Of a DNA stretch of 60,788 nucleotides, positions 48,566 through 56,776 are shown piece by piece (the first letter of the stretch is position 1; every line of letters starts with the position of its first letter). This DNA is from a virus (Duplodnaviria; Caudoviricetes), in the IMG/VR virus record IMGVR_UViG_3300046169_000125, positions 1 through 60,788 of that record. One strand, given 5' to 3'. The position numbers and the translations under genes were made by a program. A model generated the notes under the pieces. The model made no database searches, had not been told where the DNA came from, and saw nothing but the letters and a program-made list of their open reading frames with translations.

Positions 48566-51151
48566 ATGGCTACAAGAAATTTAGTACCAAGAAATAGTGG
48601 TGAAGGCGGAGTTGGTAGACCAACTAAAGCTTGGGCGACCGGTGTGTTTGATAATCTTTATATTAGTGGATTATCTATTTCTTTAGATCAGAACGTAAGA
48701 ACTTCAGATAATGTTGTATTTTCAAGCGGAGAATTTTCCCAAGGGTTAACTATTAATGGAGTTGATGTAGCAACATCCGTTGAAACAATCGAACAAACAT
48801 TAGAAGAATCTTCCCCCTTTATATTTTTCTCTGATGCTATAGATAACCAAGGAGTTACAAACAAAGACTTTTATCAAACTCCCACGTCAAACACTCAACT
48901 TTCTGGAATTACTGTTGCAAGCGCGCAAAATATGAAAGTTTCTCTTCAATGGGATGGACCAAACGATGAATATATTGGAGCTGCAAGTATAAACGGACAA
49001 CAAATACCCTTCAACAACATAAATCAATTAGGAACAAATACCAGACGCTTTGAAGGTTTCATTGATAACCTTGATGCCGCAGGACTCACAGGAATTACTG
49101 GGGAAGCAAACGGAAGAGAAGTGATCCTCCCGCTAAATGAGCTTGGAGCTGGTCCTGCCCCAATAAATATACTGATTGACTCTATAGATAACGTAACACC
49201 AAAACAAGGTGAGCTCTTAGGTTCGACGCATTTAAAACAAGGGGACACAATAAATATATATGTAGACTTTGATAGAAGTGATATACAAAGCATCAAAGTT
49301 CATGACCACGGGCTAGCTGAAGAAATTGATTTTACGAGTTATAATTTACAAAGCATAGGCGGGAATTTCAGAGCTACTATCCCAGTAACTGTATCCAGTA
49401 GAAACGGATCTCAATCTGTAGCAATTCAGGCTATTGATAATTTCGGTAGTACAGGCCAACTAAGAGAGGCTATAGACTTTGCTCATTCCAGCGGATCAAG
49501 AGACCTTGATCAAACATATCCAAATGTGATCGCCTCAGACCCCAGCTCCTACAATTCAAGAAGTGACGGATTAAGAGAATCAGAAAGTACAACCTTTAAT
49601 AATAGTATATCCAATTGGAGTAGCACTACAGATTTCGTTAGTTATACAAGTCTAACAAATGATATATCCATAAATAATAGCGGAGATTTTGAAGCAATCA
49701 AGACCGTCAATTATGAAGATGGCATATACAGCAATACGGATAATATAGAAATATACGCAATAAGAACAGGAAATGGAGCAACAGACACAGAAAGGGTTTC
49801 AGTTAATATAGCCAATGGCCCAGTTATCATATCAACGCAAATGGATAATCTTGCTACCAATTCAACTTCACCCCACATTGTTGGAACAAATCAAGTTAAA
49901 GCAGGAGACACAGTTAACTCATCTATTGAGGTTGACGGAAAAGGTGTTGCCATTGAGGATATATCAATTTCAGTCTCAAGTGCAGGTATAAGTGATGGAT
50001 CACAAACTTCATTTAGTTCTAGTTATTCAAAAACAACCCTTCCTAATGGAAATTTCGAGTTCTCAGTACCATTAAATGTTTTTGGCCCACTTGGCGCAGC
50101 ATCTAGAGACGGAAATCAACCCGCAACATTCACAGCTAAAAATAATTTTGGAACCATTGGTGATTCTGTAACAAGTTTAGATACAGCAGAAGTTCATAAT
50201 GCAACAACTCCATCTATCAGCATTGGATCAGTGTCTTACCCTTCTAATCAAGAAGCAATAAAATCAACAGAATCAGCCTCCGTAAACAATACAATTTTAG
50301 ATCAAGATATAATTTCTTATACTTCACCCAATAATCAATTAACTGTTTCCAACTCAAGTACTTACGAAACAAATAAAAATGTTTCATATTCTAGTGGTGG
50401 ATATAATATAGATGGAGATGGAGGTGTAAATAATTTAAAAATTACAGCAACAAAAACATCAAACGGCGCAGTCAGTGAATCATTTAAAATAGTAAATATT
50501 GCAAATACTCCATTAACAATAAGCATAAATAACCTTGCATCAAAAATAAAAACAAGCACAAGTAGCACAAGTGATAATTTTAATTTATCAACAAGTCAAT
50601 TGATGCTGAATGCACCTACGGTAACAGTTGATTCAAATCAAACGAATCCATCAAGCCTTTCGCAAACAGCAAGCGGTACAGGAAAATTAAGTAATGCATA
50701 CAGCTTGACAGTCACAGATACAGACACAAAAGGAACATTCAACTGGGGTGCCAGCGCTACCAATTTAGCAGGCATAACAACAACCTCTATACTAAGCAAC
50801 CCCAATTATACGCTCGAAGGATTCACATCAAGAACCGTTATCGCATCCCCAAACAGTTTGGGTGCTGGACTAGCTCCTATTGGGACAAACGTTTCAGTAC
50901 CAGGAAACATAACATTTGAAAATGTATCAGAAGGTGGTACCGCCGCAAATGGCGGAACAATTTATACATACCAAAGCTTTTTAGATGGAGTGCAGCTTGA
51001 TAATAGTTATGATATAAACAATAAGTTTACTGTTTGTGATAGCAATGGAGTAACAGACTCTGACGGAGATTATGTATTCAACTTGGACCAATTAAACAGA
51101 TCAGCAAACAGCTCAACAAGCAACCCGGCTAGTTTCGTAATTTCAGAATAA
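48566..51151 (+). CDS. Large S/T/N-rich virion fibre/decoration protein with Ig-like repeats
   Basis: MATRNLVPR..GEGGVG...K.W fibre-type start; DQNVRTSDNVVF; duplicated beta module (LKQGDT / VKAGDT ... NFG..G). Confidence 0.7.
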   Translation: MATRNLVPRNSGEGGVGRPTKAWATGVFDNLYISGLSISLDQNVRTSDNVVFSSGEFSQGLTINGVDVATSVETIEQTLEESSPFIFFSDAIDNQGVTNKDFYQTPTSNTQLSGITVASAQNMKVSLQWDGPNDEYIGAASINGQQIPFNNINQLGTNTRRFEGFIDNLDAAGLTGITGEANGREVILPLNELGAGPAPINILIDSIDNVTPKQGELLGSTHLKQGDTINIYVDFDRSDIQSIKVHDHGLAEEIDFTSYNLQSIGGNFRATIPVTVSSRNGSQSVAIQAIDNFGSTGQLREAIDFAHSSGSRDLDQTYPNVIASDPSSYNSRSDGLRESESTTFNNSISNWSSTTDFVSYTSLTNDISINNSGDFEAIKTVNYEDGIYSNTDNIEIYAIRTGNGATDTERVSVNIANGPVIISTQMDNLATNSTSPHIVGTNQVKAGDTVNSSIEVDGKGVAIEDISISVSSAGISDGSQTSFSSSYSKTTLPNGNFEFSVPLNVFGPLGAASRDGNQPATFTAKNNFGTIGDSVTSLDTAEVHNATTPSISIGSVSYPSNQEAIKSTESASVNNTILDQDIISYTSPNNQLTVSNSSTYETNKNVSYSSGGYNIDGDGGVNNLKITATKTSNGAVSESFKIVNIANTPLTISINNLASKIKTSTSSTSDNFNLSTSQLMLNAPTVTVDSNQTNPSSLSQTASGTGKLSNAYSLTVTDTDTKGTFNWGASATNLAGITTTSILSNPNYTLEGFTSRTVIASPNSLGAGLAPIGTNVSVPGNITFENVSEGGTAANGGTIYTYQSFLDGVQLDNSYDINNKFTVCDSNGVTDSDGDYVFNLDQLNRSANSSTSNPASFVISE

Positions 51152-51185
51152 ATAACGATATTCACACAAGTCCTTAGCGACTGTA

Positions 51186-53522
51186 TTAAAGTTTCTCAAG
51201 CTTAAAGTTAGTAAATGTAAATGTAGGAGCATTACTACCCTGTATCTTTAACTCGTAGACCCCCTCAGTTGCGGTGAAGGTTTGCTCTTTGACACCAGCT
51301 CCCCCTCCAAGACCCAGGTTAAAATCACTAAATAAATAGGAACTACTATCCCCTTGATTTCTTGACGAAAGAATTATTTTACCAAACCCAGAGGAAATTG
51401 AATTAATGTTTACTGACAATTTATAGGGTCCTGATTGTAATTCTGATATTTTTACACATTCGTCAAAACCATTTAGTTCTATGGCAGAAGGATTTGTCGT
51501 TTCAGTTCCTTCATATGTATCGAAAAAAGAGACGTTATTGTTTACTGCAATAAACTCAAATTCTCCTGTATTTATAGAATAATTCGCGGTTATCGAAACA
51601 TTTTCGTCGGGCATCACGAACGAATCGTTAACAATTGTTACTCCTCCGCTATTTATCGTCCAGCCGTCAAAAATATATCCACTATCTGGTGTGGCAGAAA
51701 GCGTTACAGTGTCACCGACATTGTAGGTACCACCACCACCTTGTGTGCCATTATCGCCATCAACCGTAACCGCATAATCTATCGCTGTGTAATTCGCAGT
51801 GATCGAAACACTTTCGTCCGGCATCACAAACGAATCGTTAACAATCGTCACCCCTCCGCTGTTTACCGTCCAGCTGTCAAAAGTATATCCACTATCTGGT
51901 GTGGCAGAAAGTGTCACGGTATCTTCAACATTATATGTCCCCCCTCCAGTTTCGATGCCATTATCACCATCAACTGTAACCGTATTATCACCAAGAGGAT
52001 TATCTAAACAGCTTAAAACTACTAATTGGTAAGTAGATTGGTTTTTAATTATTGATATTTTGTCTCTAACCAGGTAATTCCCGACAACTAAATTTAAATT
52101 CCAGGTGCTTGGTTTAAAAAAGCTACTTAAAACACTTAACTGAGGAAAATAAAACACATCTCCAATTTCAGTATCTTCCCATAATTCTGATGTATTAGGG
52201 TTTTGATTGTTAATTCTTACGCACCAATTTGCAACAGAACCATCAAAATAACCGTTATCAAACCAATTAGTTTTTATATCTTGAAGCTCATTGTTACTTG
52301 GATTAATCAGAGCCTCTTGATAAGGTATGCTGATATTATAAAGCGCAAAGGTGCTAGCCATATATTTCTCTGAAAGGTTTAAATTTGTGGTTGGATTATG
52401 ATGCATTATCTCATTACTTTGGTACCTGATATCAGTAGGATCATCCCATTGTAAAAACAAATGCTCCGCTTCCGTAGACCACCCACTAAAGCATGCGTGC
52501 TCATCTATAGTATAATTCGCAGTGATCGATACATCATTATCAGGCATCGTAAACGAATTGTTAAAAATTGTTACTCCTCCATCATTTACCGTCCAGCCAG
52601 AAAGATTATAACCCGTATTAGGTGCGGCAGAAAGCGTCACTGTAGATCCAACTGTTTTTTGCCCGCCTCCAGAAACAGAACCATTTAAACTTGTAATTAA
52701 AACAGCGTAACTTGTATCAAACTCATCATCTACTCCATCGCCATCTGTATCATTTCCACTTGCACGGTCTGAATCGCTTGGAAAGTTATCGCTCTCATTC
52801 GCCACTCCATCGCCATCTATATCGTCATCAAACTCATCATCTACTCCATCGCCATCTGTATCATTTCCACTTGCACGGTCTGAATCGCTTGGAAAGTTAT
52901 CGCTCTCATTCGCCACTCCATCGCCATCTATATCGTCATCAAACTCATCATCTACTCCATCACCATCTGTATCGGTTCCACTTGCACGATTTTCATTGTT
53001 TGGAAAGTTGTCGTTCTGATTGGTCACACCATCACCATCACTATCTCCAAGCGGCCCGTCTGTGTTGTCGGTATCAAACTCATCATCTACTCCATCACCA
53101 TCTGTATCATTTCCACTTGCACGGTCTGAATCGCTTGGAAAGTTATCGCTCTCATTCGCCACTCCATCGCCATCTATATCGTCATCAAACTCATCATCTA
53201 CTCCATCGCCATCTGTATCATTTCCACTTGCACGGTCTGAATCGCTTGGAAAGTTATCGCTCTCATTCGCCACTCCATCGCCATCTATATCGTCATCAAA
53301 CTCATCATCTACTCCATCGCCATCTGTATCGATCCCACTTGATTCAACATAAGAAGACCTAATTCTTACATTAAGAGAGGGCATTAAAAAAATACCATCT
53401 TCATCTACAGAGACATCCCCATACTCCACCACCCAAGAATTAAAGACGTGCCCCTCTGGAGCTTCATCAGCTATAAGGGATATAGATTTACCTACATTAA
53501 AAACCCCAGTAAAATTAGACAT
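51186..53522 (-). CDS. Adhesin-like protein with thrombospondin-3-like Ca-binding repeats and InlB-B-like repeats
   Basis: DTDGDGVDD and DNFP.D repeats; GGG.Y..G.TVTLSA.P..GY.F..W...F.MP...VSITANY domains; no signal peptide. Confidence 0.8.
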   Translation of the reverse strand: MSNFTGVFNVGKSISLIADEAPEGHVFNSWVVEYGDVSVDEDGIFLMPSLNVRIRSSYVESSGIDTDGDGVDDEFDDDIDGDGVANESDNFPSDSDRASGNDTDGDGVDDEFDDDIDGDGVANESDNFPSDSDRASGNDTDGDGVDDEFDTDNTDGPLGDSDGDGVTNQNDNFPNNENRASGTDTDGDGVDDEFDDDIDGDGVANESDNFPSDSDRASGNDTDGDGVDDEFDDDIDGDGVANESDNFPSDSDRASGNDTDGDGVDDEFDTSYAVLITSLNGSVSGGGQKTVGSTVTLSAAPNTGYNLSGWTVNDGGVTIFNNSFTMPDNDVSITANYTIDEHACFSGWSTEAEHLFLQWDDPTDIRYQSNEIMHHNPTTNLNLSEKYMASTFALYNISIPYQEALINPSNNELQDIKTNWFDNGYFDGSVANWCVRINNQNPNTSELWEDTEIGDVFYFPQLSVLSSFFKPSTWNLNLVVGNYLVRDKISIIKNQSTYQLVVLSCLDNPLGDNTVTVDGDNGIETGGGTYNVEDTVTLSATPDSGYTFDSWTVNSGGVTIVNDSFVMPDESVSITANYTAIDYAVTVDGDNGTQGGGGTYNVGDTVTLSATPDSGYIFDGWTINSGGVTIVNDSFVMPDENVSITANYSINTGEFEFIAVNNNVSFFDTYEGTETTNPSAIELNGFDECVKISELQSGPYKLSVNINSISSGFGKIILSSRNQGDSSSYLFSDFNLGLGGGAGVKEQTFTATEGVYELKIQGSNAPTFTFTNFKLEKL
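52714..53331 (-). repeat. Coding tandem repeat, 111-bp unit (37 aa)
   Basis: AAACTCATCATC recurs at 52719 and 52830; four near-identical units around one longer variant unit. Confidence 0.95.
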
Positions 53523-53538
53523 ATAAATTTAGGTCAAC

Positions 53539-53856
53539 TCAATTGCTCGAAGCTGAACCTCCCTCAACCTCAACCCTGTAAAAGTCACTGAGCGCAACCC
53601 TCCTCCATGTATCTTGATCAACACAAATATAAAAATGTCCAGTATCGTATGCAGTTTGACCCTCCAACCCCAAGCTTAATCCGCTCTCCGGCAAGTCTGA
53701 GTTACCAAAAGTCGAACCTTCTAAGCTTCCTGATATTTGATAAATATCACCACTCATATTATCAATCCTACCTGACAACACATTAAAATCCTGAACAACA
53801 TTATCGGCCTGTACATGATCAAAAACTCCACTATCTGATTTAAAAACTATTGACAT
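53539..53856 (-). CDS. Small virion protein with YD...YIC....W.RVAL motif
   Basis: Late motif; SG-rich coil; GQTAYDTGHFYICVDQDTWRRVALS, a motif common in phage fibre anchors. Confidence 0.7.
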   Translation of the reverse strand: MSIVFKSDSGVFDHVQADNVVQDFNVLSGRIDNMSGDIYQISGSLEGSTFGNSDLPESGLSLGLEGQTAYDTGHFYICVDQDTWRRVALSDFYRVEVEGGSASSN

Positions 53857-53862
53857 ATAAAA

Positions 53863-53870
53863 ATATACAC
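53863..53870 (-). promoter_or_regulatory. Putative late promoter GTGTATAT
   Basis: 14 nt before ATG 53856. Confidence 0.6.
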
Positions 53871-53967
53871 ATTTTTCAATTACTAGTGCAATATTATAAT
53901 TAAAGAATTCTCCGGAACGCCAGTAAGTAAGCGGGTTCTAGCAAAAAATAAAGTTCCCAAAAATAAT

Positions 53968-53981
53968 AATTACATGTAATT
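53968..53981. promoter_or_regulatory. Palindromic late promoter AATTACATGTAATT
   Basis: Perfect 14-bp palindrome; + strand ATGTAATT is 14 nt before ATG 53988. Confidence 0.6.
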
Positions 53982-53987
53982 TCAAGT

Positions 53988-55850
53988 ATGGCGAAAATAT
54001 TCCGCACACAAGAGTTAAGCGTAAATGGGGACAATATCCGCATTTCCGCAGATCAAAATGGAAATATCGTATTCAAAGACAAAGATGAAAATGTTGTAAC
54101 AAGTTCAAATCAAATTACAACTGAAGTCTCCAGTCTTCATGCTCAACGCGATGGCGACTTGAACACAAAGAATACTGAAGTTTCCAGTCTTGCTGCTCAA
54201 CGCGACAGCGACCTGAACACAAAGAATACTGAAGTTTCCAGTCTTCATGCTCAACGCGTAAGTGATGAGTCAGTAAAAACAGGTGAAATGTCCAGTCTCT
54301 CCGCTAAAGATCTTGATCTTGACGGTGATGTTTCAAGTTTAAAAGTTGAAATCAACAGTGCGTTGACAGCTTCAACAGGAGATCTTGATGATGACATTTC
54401 CAGTCTTCAAGCTCAACGCGAAAGTGACGAGAACACAAAGAATACTGAAGTTTCCAGTCTTCAAGCTCAACGCGAAAGCGACTTGAACACAAAGAATACT
54501 GAAGTTTCCAGTCTTCAAGCTCAACGCGTAAGTGATGAGAACACAAAGAATACTGAAGTTTCCAGTCTTCAAGCTCAACGCGAAAGCGACTTGGGTACAA
54601 AGAATACTGAAGTTTCCAGTCTTCATGCTCAACGCGTAAGTGATGAGTCAGTAAAAACAGGTGAAATGTCCAGCCTCTCCGCTAAAGATCTTGATCTTGA
54701 CGGTGATGTTTCAAGTTTGAAAGTTGAAATCAACAGTGCGTTGACAGCTTCAACAGGAGATCTTGATGATGACATTTCCAGTCTTCAAGCTCAACGCGAA
54801 AGTGACGAGAACACAAAGAATACTGAAGTTTCCAGTCTTCAAGCTCAACGCGAAAGCGACTTGAACACAAAGAATACTGAAGTTTCCAGTCTTCAAGCTC
54901 AACGCGTAAGTGATGAGAACACAAAGAATACTGAAGTTTCCAGTCTTCAAGCTCAACGCGAAAGCGACTTGGGTACAAAGAATACTGAAGTTTCCAGTCT
55001 TCAAGCTCAACGCGAAAGCGACTTGGGTACAAAGAATACTGAAGTTTCCAGTCTTCATGCTCAACGCGTAAGTGATGAGTCAGTAAAAACAGGTGAAATG
55101 TCCAGTCTCTCCGCTAAAGATCTTGATCTTGACGGTGATGTTTCAAGTTTAAAAGTTGAAATCAACAGTGCGTTGACAGCTTCAACAGGAGATCTTGATG
55201 ATGACATTTCCAGTCTTCAAGCTCAACGCGAAAGTGACGAGAACACAAAGAATACTGAAGTTTCCAGTCTTCAAGCTCAACGCGAAAGCGACTTGAACAC
55301 AAAGAATACTGAAGTTTCCAGTCTTCAAGCTCAACGCGTAAGTGATGAGAACACAAAGAATACTGAAGTTTCCAGTCTTCAAGCTCAACGCGAAAGCGAC
55401 TTGGGTACAAAGAATACTGAAGTTTCCAGTCTTCATGCTCAACGCGTAAGTGATGAGTCAGTAAAAACAGGTGAAATGTCCAGCCTCTCCGCTAAAGATC
55501 TTGATCTTGACGGTGATGTTTCAAGTTTGAAAGTTGAAATCAACAGTGCGTTGACAGCTTCAACAGGAGATCTTGATAATGACATTTCTAGCTTGAACGC
55601 TAAGATTGAATTGGAAGACGTTAGAGTTATGAGTGAAAGCTTGAGTGTTAATGATGAGTCCATCACTGTAACATTCCCAACTGCTTTCTCGGGTACTCCA
55701 TCAGTAATAGGAATCATCCAAGGCGACGACGCAGATTCCCCAATTATTGCATGTCAGTTAGTGTCAAAAAGTACAACCGGAGCAACATTCCAATTCTCAG
55801 ATGGAATTCCTACAACAGGATATACCATCGAGATTATGGCTTCTGTATAA
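53988..55850 (+). CDS. Coiled-coil fibre protein with 18-aa repeats and C-terminal H-type-lectin-like domain
   Basis: NTKNTEVSSLQAQRESDL repeats; C-terminal VTFPTAFSGTPSV; own promoter and terminator. Confidence 0.8.
   Translation: MAKIFRTQELSVNGDNIRISADQNGNIVFKDKDENVVTSSNQITTEVSSLHAQRDGDLNTKNTEVSSLAAQRDSDLNTKNTEVSSLHAQRVSDESVKTGEMSSLSAKDLDLDGDVSSLKVEINSALTASTGDLDDDISSLQAQRESDENTKNTEVSSLQAQRESDLNTKNTEVSSLQAQRVSDENTKNTEVSSLQAQRESDLGTKNTEVSSLHAQRVSDESVKTGEMSSLSAKDLDLDGDVSSLKVEINSALTASTGDLDDDISSLQAQRESDENTKNTEVSSLQAQRESDLNTKNTEVSSLQAQRVSDENTKNTEVSSLQAQRESDLGTKNTEVSSLQAQRESDLGTKNTEVSSLHAQRVSDESVKTGEMSSLSAKDLDLDGDVSSLKVEINSALTASTGDLDDDISSLQAQRESDENTKNTEVSSLQAQRESDLNTKNTEVSSLQAQRVSDENTKNTEVSSLQAQRESDLGTKNTEVSSLHAQRVSDESVKTGEMSSLSAKDLDLDGDVSSLKVEINSALTASTGDLDNDISSLNAKIELEDVRVMSESLSVNDESITVTFPTAFSGTPSVIGIIQGDDADSPIIACQLVSKSTTGATFQFSDGIPTTGYTIEIMASV
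54120..55600 (+). repeat. Hierarchical coding tandem repeat (54 bp, 378/432 bp, 810 bp)
   Basis: 54-bp unit; TCAGTAAAAACAGG block at 54270, 54648, 55080, 55458. Confidence 0.95.
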
Positions 55851-55874
55851 TACGAGCAAGATTATCTTATCTTG

Positions 55875-55902
55875 GGCGACCCCGTTTGGGGTCGCCTTTT
55901 TT
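55875..55902 (+). terminator. Rho-independent terminator
   Basis: GGCGACCCC-GTTT-GGGGTCGCC followed by T6. Confidence 0.92.
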
Positions 55903-55910
55903 GTGTAAAC
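55903..55910 (+). promoter_or_regulatory. Putative late promoter GTGTAAAC
   Basis: Directly after the terminator T-tract, 15 nt before ATG 55918. Confidence 0.55.
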
Positions 55911-55917
55911 ATATAAA

Positions 55918-56565
55918 ATGAAAAATTGGAAAAATATATTCTTTAAAAAGAGAAACGATCAAATAGATAAATTTCAAGAAACAAAGTCAACTAGAAGTCA
56001 AAATCAAAAAATATTAAAAAAGAAATTTAATAAACTCAAACATAAAGCATTGTACCTTGATGCTGAATACGAAGAAGTAAGTGATATATTCGCTCACGCA
56101 AAAAGTGAATTTATTAGCTCTATCTTCAATTACTGCTCTAACAGAAAAATACGCCCACCATTGAGCGATGGTAAGAAGTCAGACGATACAACAAATAATA
56201 AACTAGAAACAAGTCAAGAGATGAAAGATCTCTACAGAGAAATTGTAAAGGTTACACATCCAGATAAAACAAAGTCTCTTGAAGAGGATGAAATAGAAGA
56301 AAGGACGGAGCTCTACCAAGAAGCAGTTCTAGGTAAGCAAAAAGGTGATTATTGGGGTATTTTTAAAGCTGCATTAGAACTCGGAGTTCCTATAAAAAAC
56401 TTATCTTTTGAATATTTGGAAGAATTAGAGCAAACAATATTAAAAATAGAGGAAAAGTCTAACATTATGAAAAACGACTTGATGTATAAATGGTTCCATT
56501 GCGATAAAGAAGCAAGGGAGAATATTTTTGAACAACTTACAAAAAATCAAGAAAAGTACGAATAA
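55918..56565 (+). CDS. J-domain-like co-chaperone
   Basis: MKDLYREIVKVTHPDK...ELYQEA (HPD motif) flanked by coiled coils. Confidence 0.8.
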   Translation: MKNWKNIFFKKRNDQIDKFQETKSTRSQNQKILKKKFNKLKHKALYLDAEYEEVSDIFAHAKSEFISSIFNYCSNRKIRPPLSDGKKSDDTTNNKLETSQEMKDLYREIVKVTHPDKTKSLEEDEIEERTELYQEAVLGKQKGDYWGIFKAALELGVPIKNLSFEYLEELEQTILKIEEKSNIMKNDLMYKWFHCDKEARENIFEQLTKNQEKYE

Positions 56566-56584
56566 TTTGTTAATATATAAGACT

Positions 56585-56776
56585 ATGATACAATTTTACA
56601 ATGTAAAGAAAAAACAAAAAGTTAAAGTTGACCCAACTAAAATAACAAAGCATGCATATGAAAAAACCGCTAAAAGTGGCAAGCTTACGATTCGATATGC
56701 GTTAAAAGCTGTGGACGAAGATGGCACAAAGCTCACCAAGTTCTGCAGTAAAGCAGATTATGACTCAATAAAATAG
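56585..56776 (+). CDS. Small basic protein, possible DNA-binding/chromatin protein
   Basis: 63 aa, Lys-rich; likely start MIQFYNVKKKQKV. Confidence 0.65.
   Translation: MIQFYNVKKKQKVKVDPTKITKHAYEKTAKSGKLTIRYALKAVDEDGTKLTKFCSKADYDSIK

Noticed and set aside
52712-55442. Alternative-frame repetitive ORFs (His-rich 52712..53362, 53020..53352, 54352..55442 set)
   Set aside because: Antisense shadows of coding tandem repeats
54120-55600. Regular repeats as a CRISPR array
   Set aside because: No unique spacers; unit is a multiple of 3 inside an open frame; no cas genes
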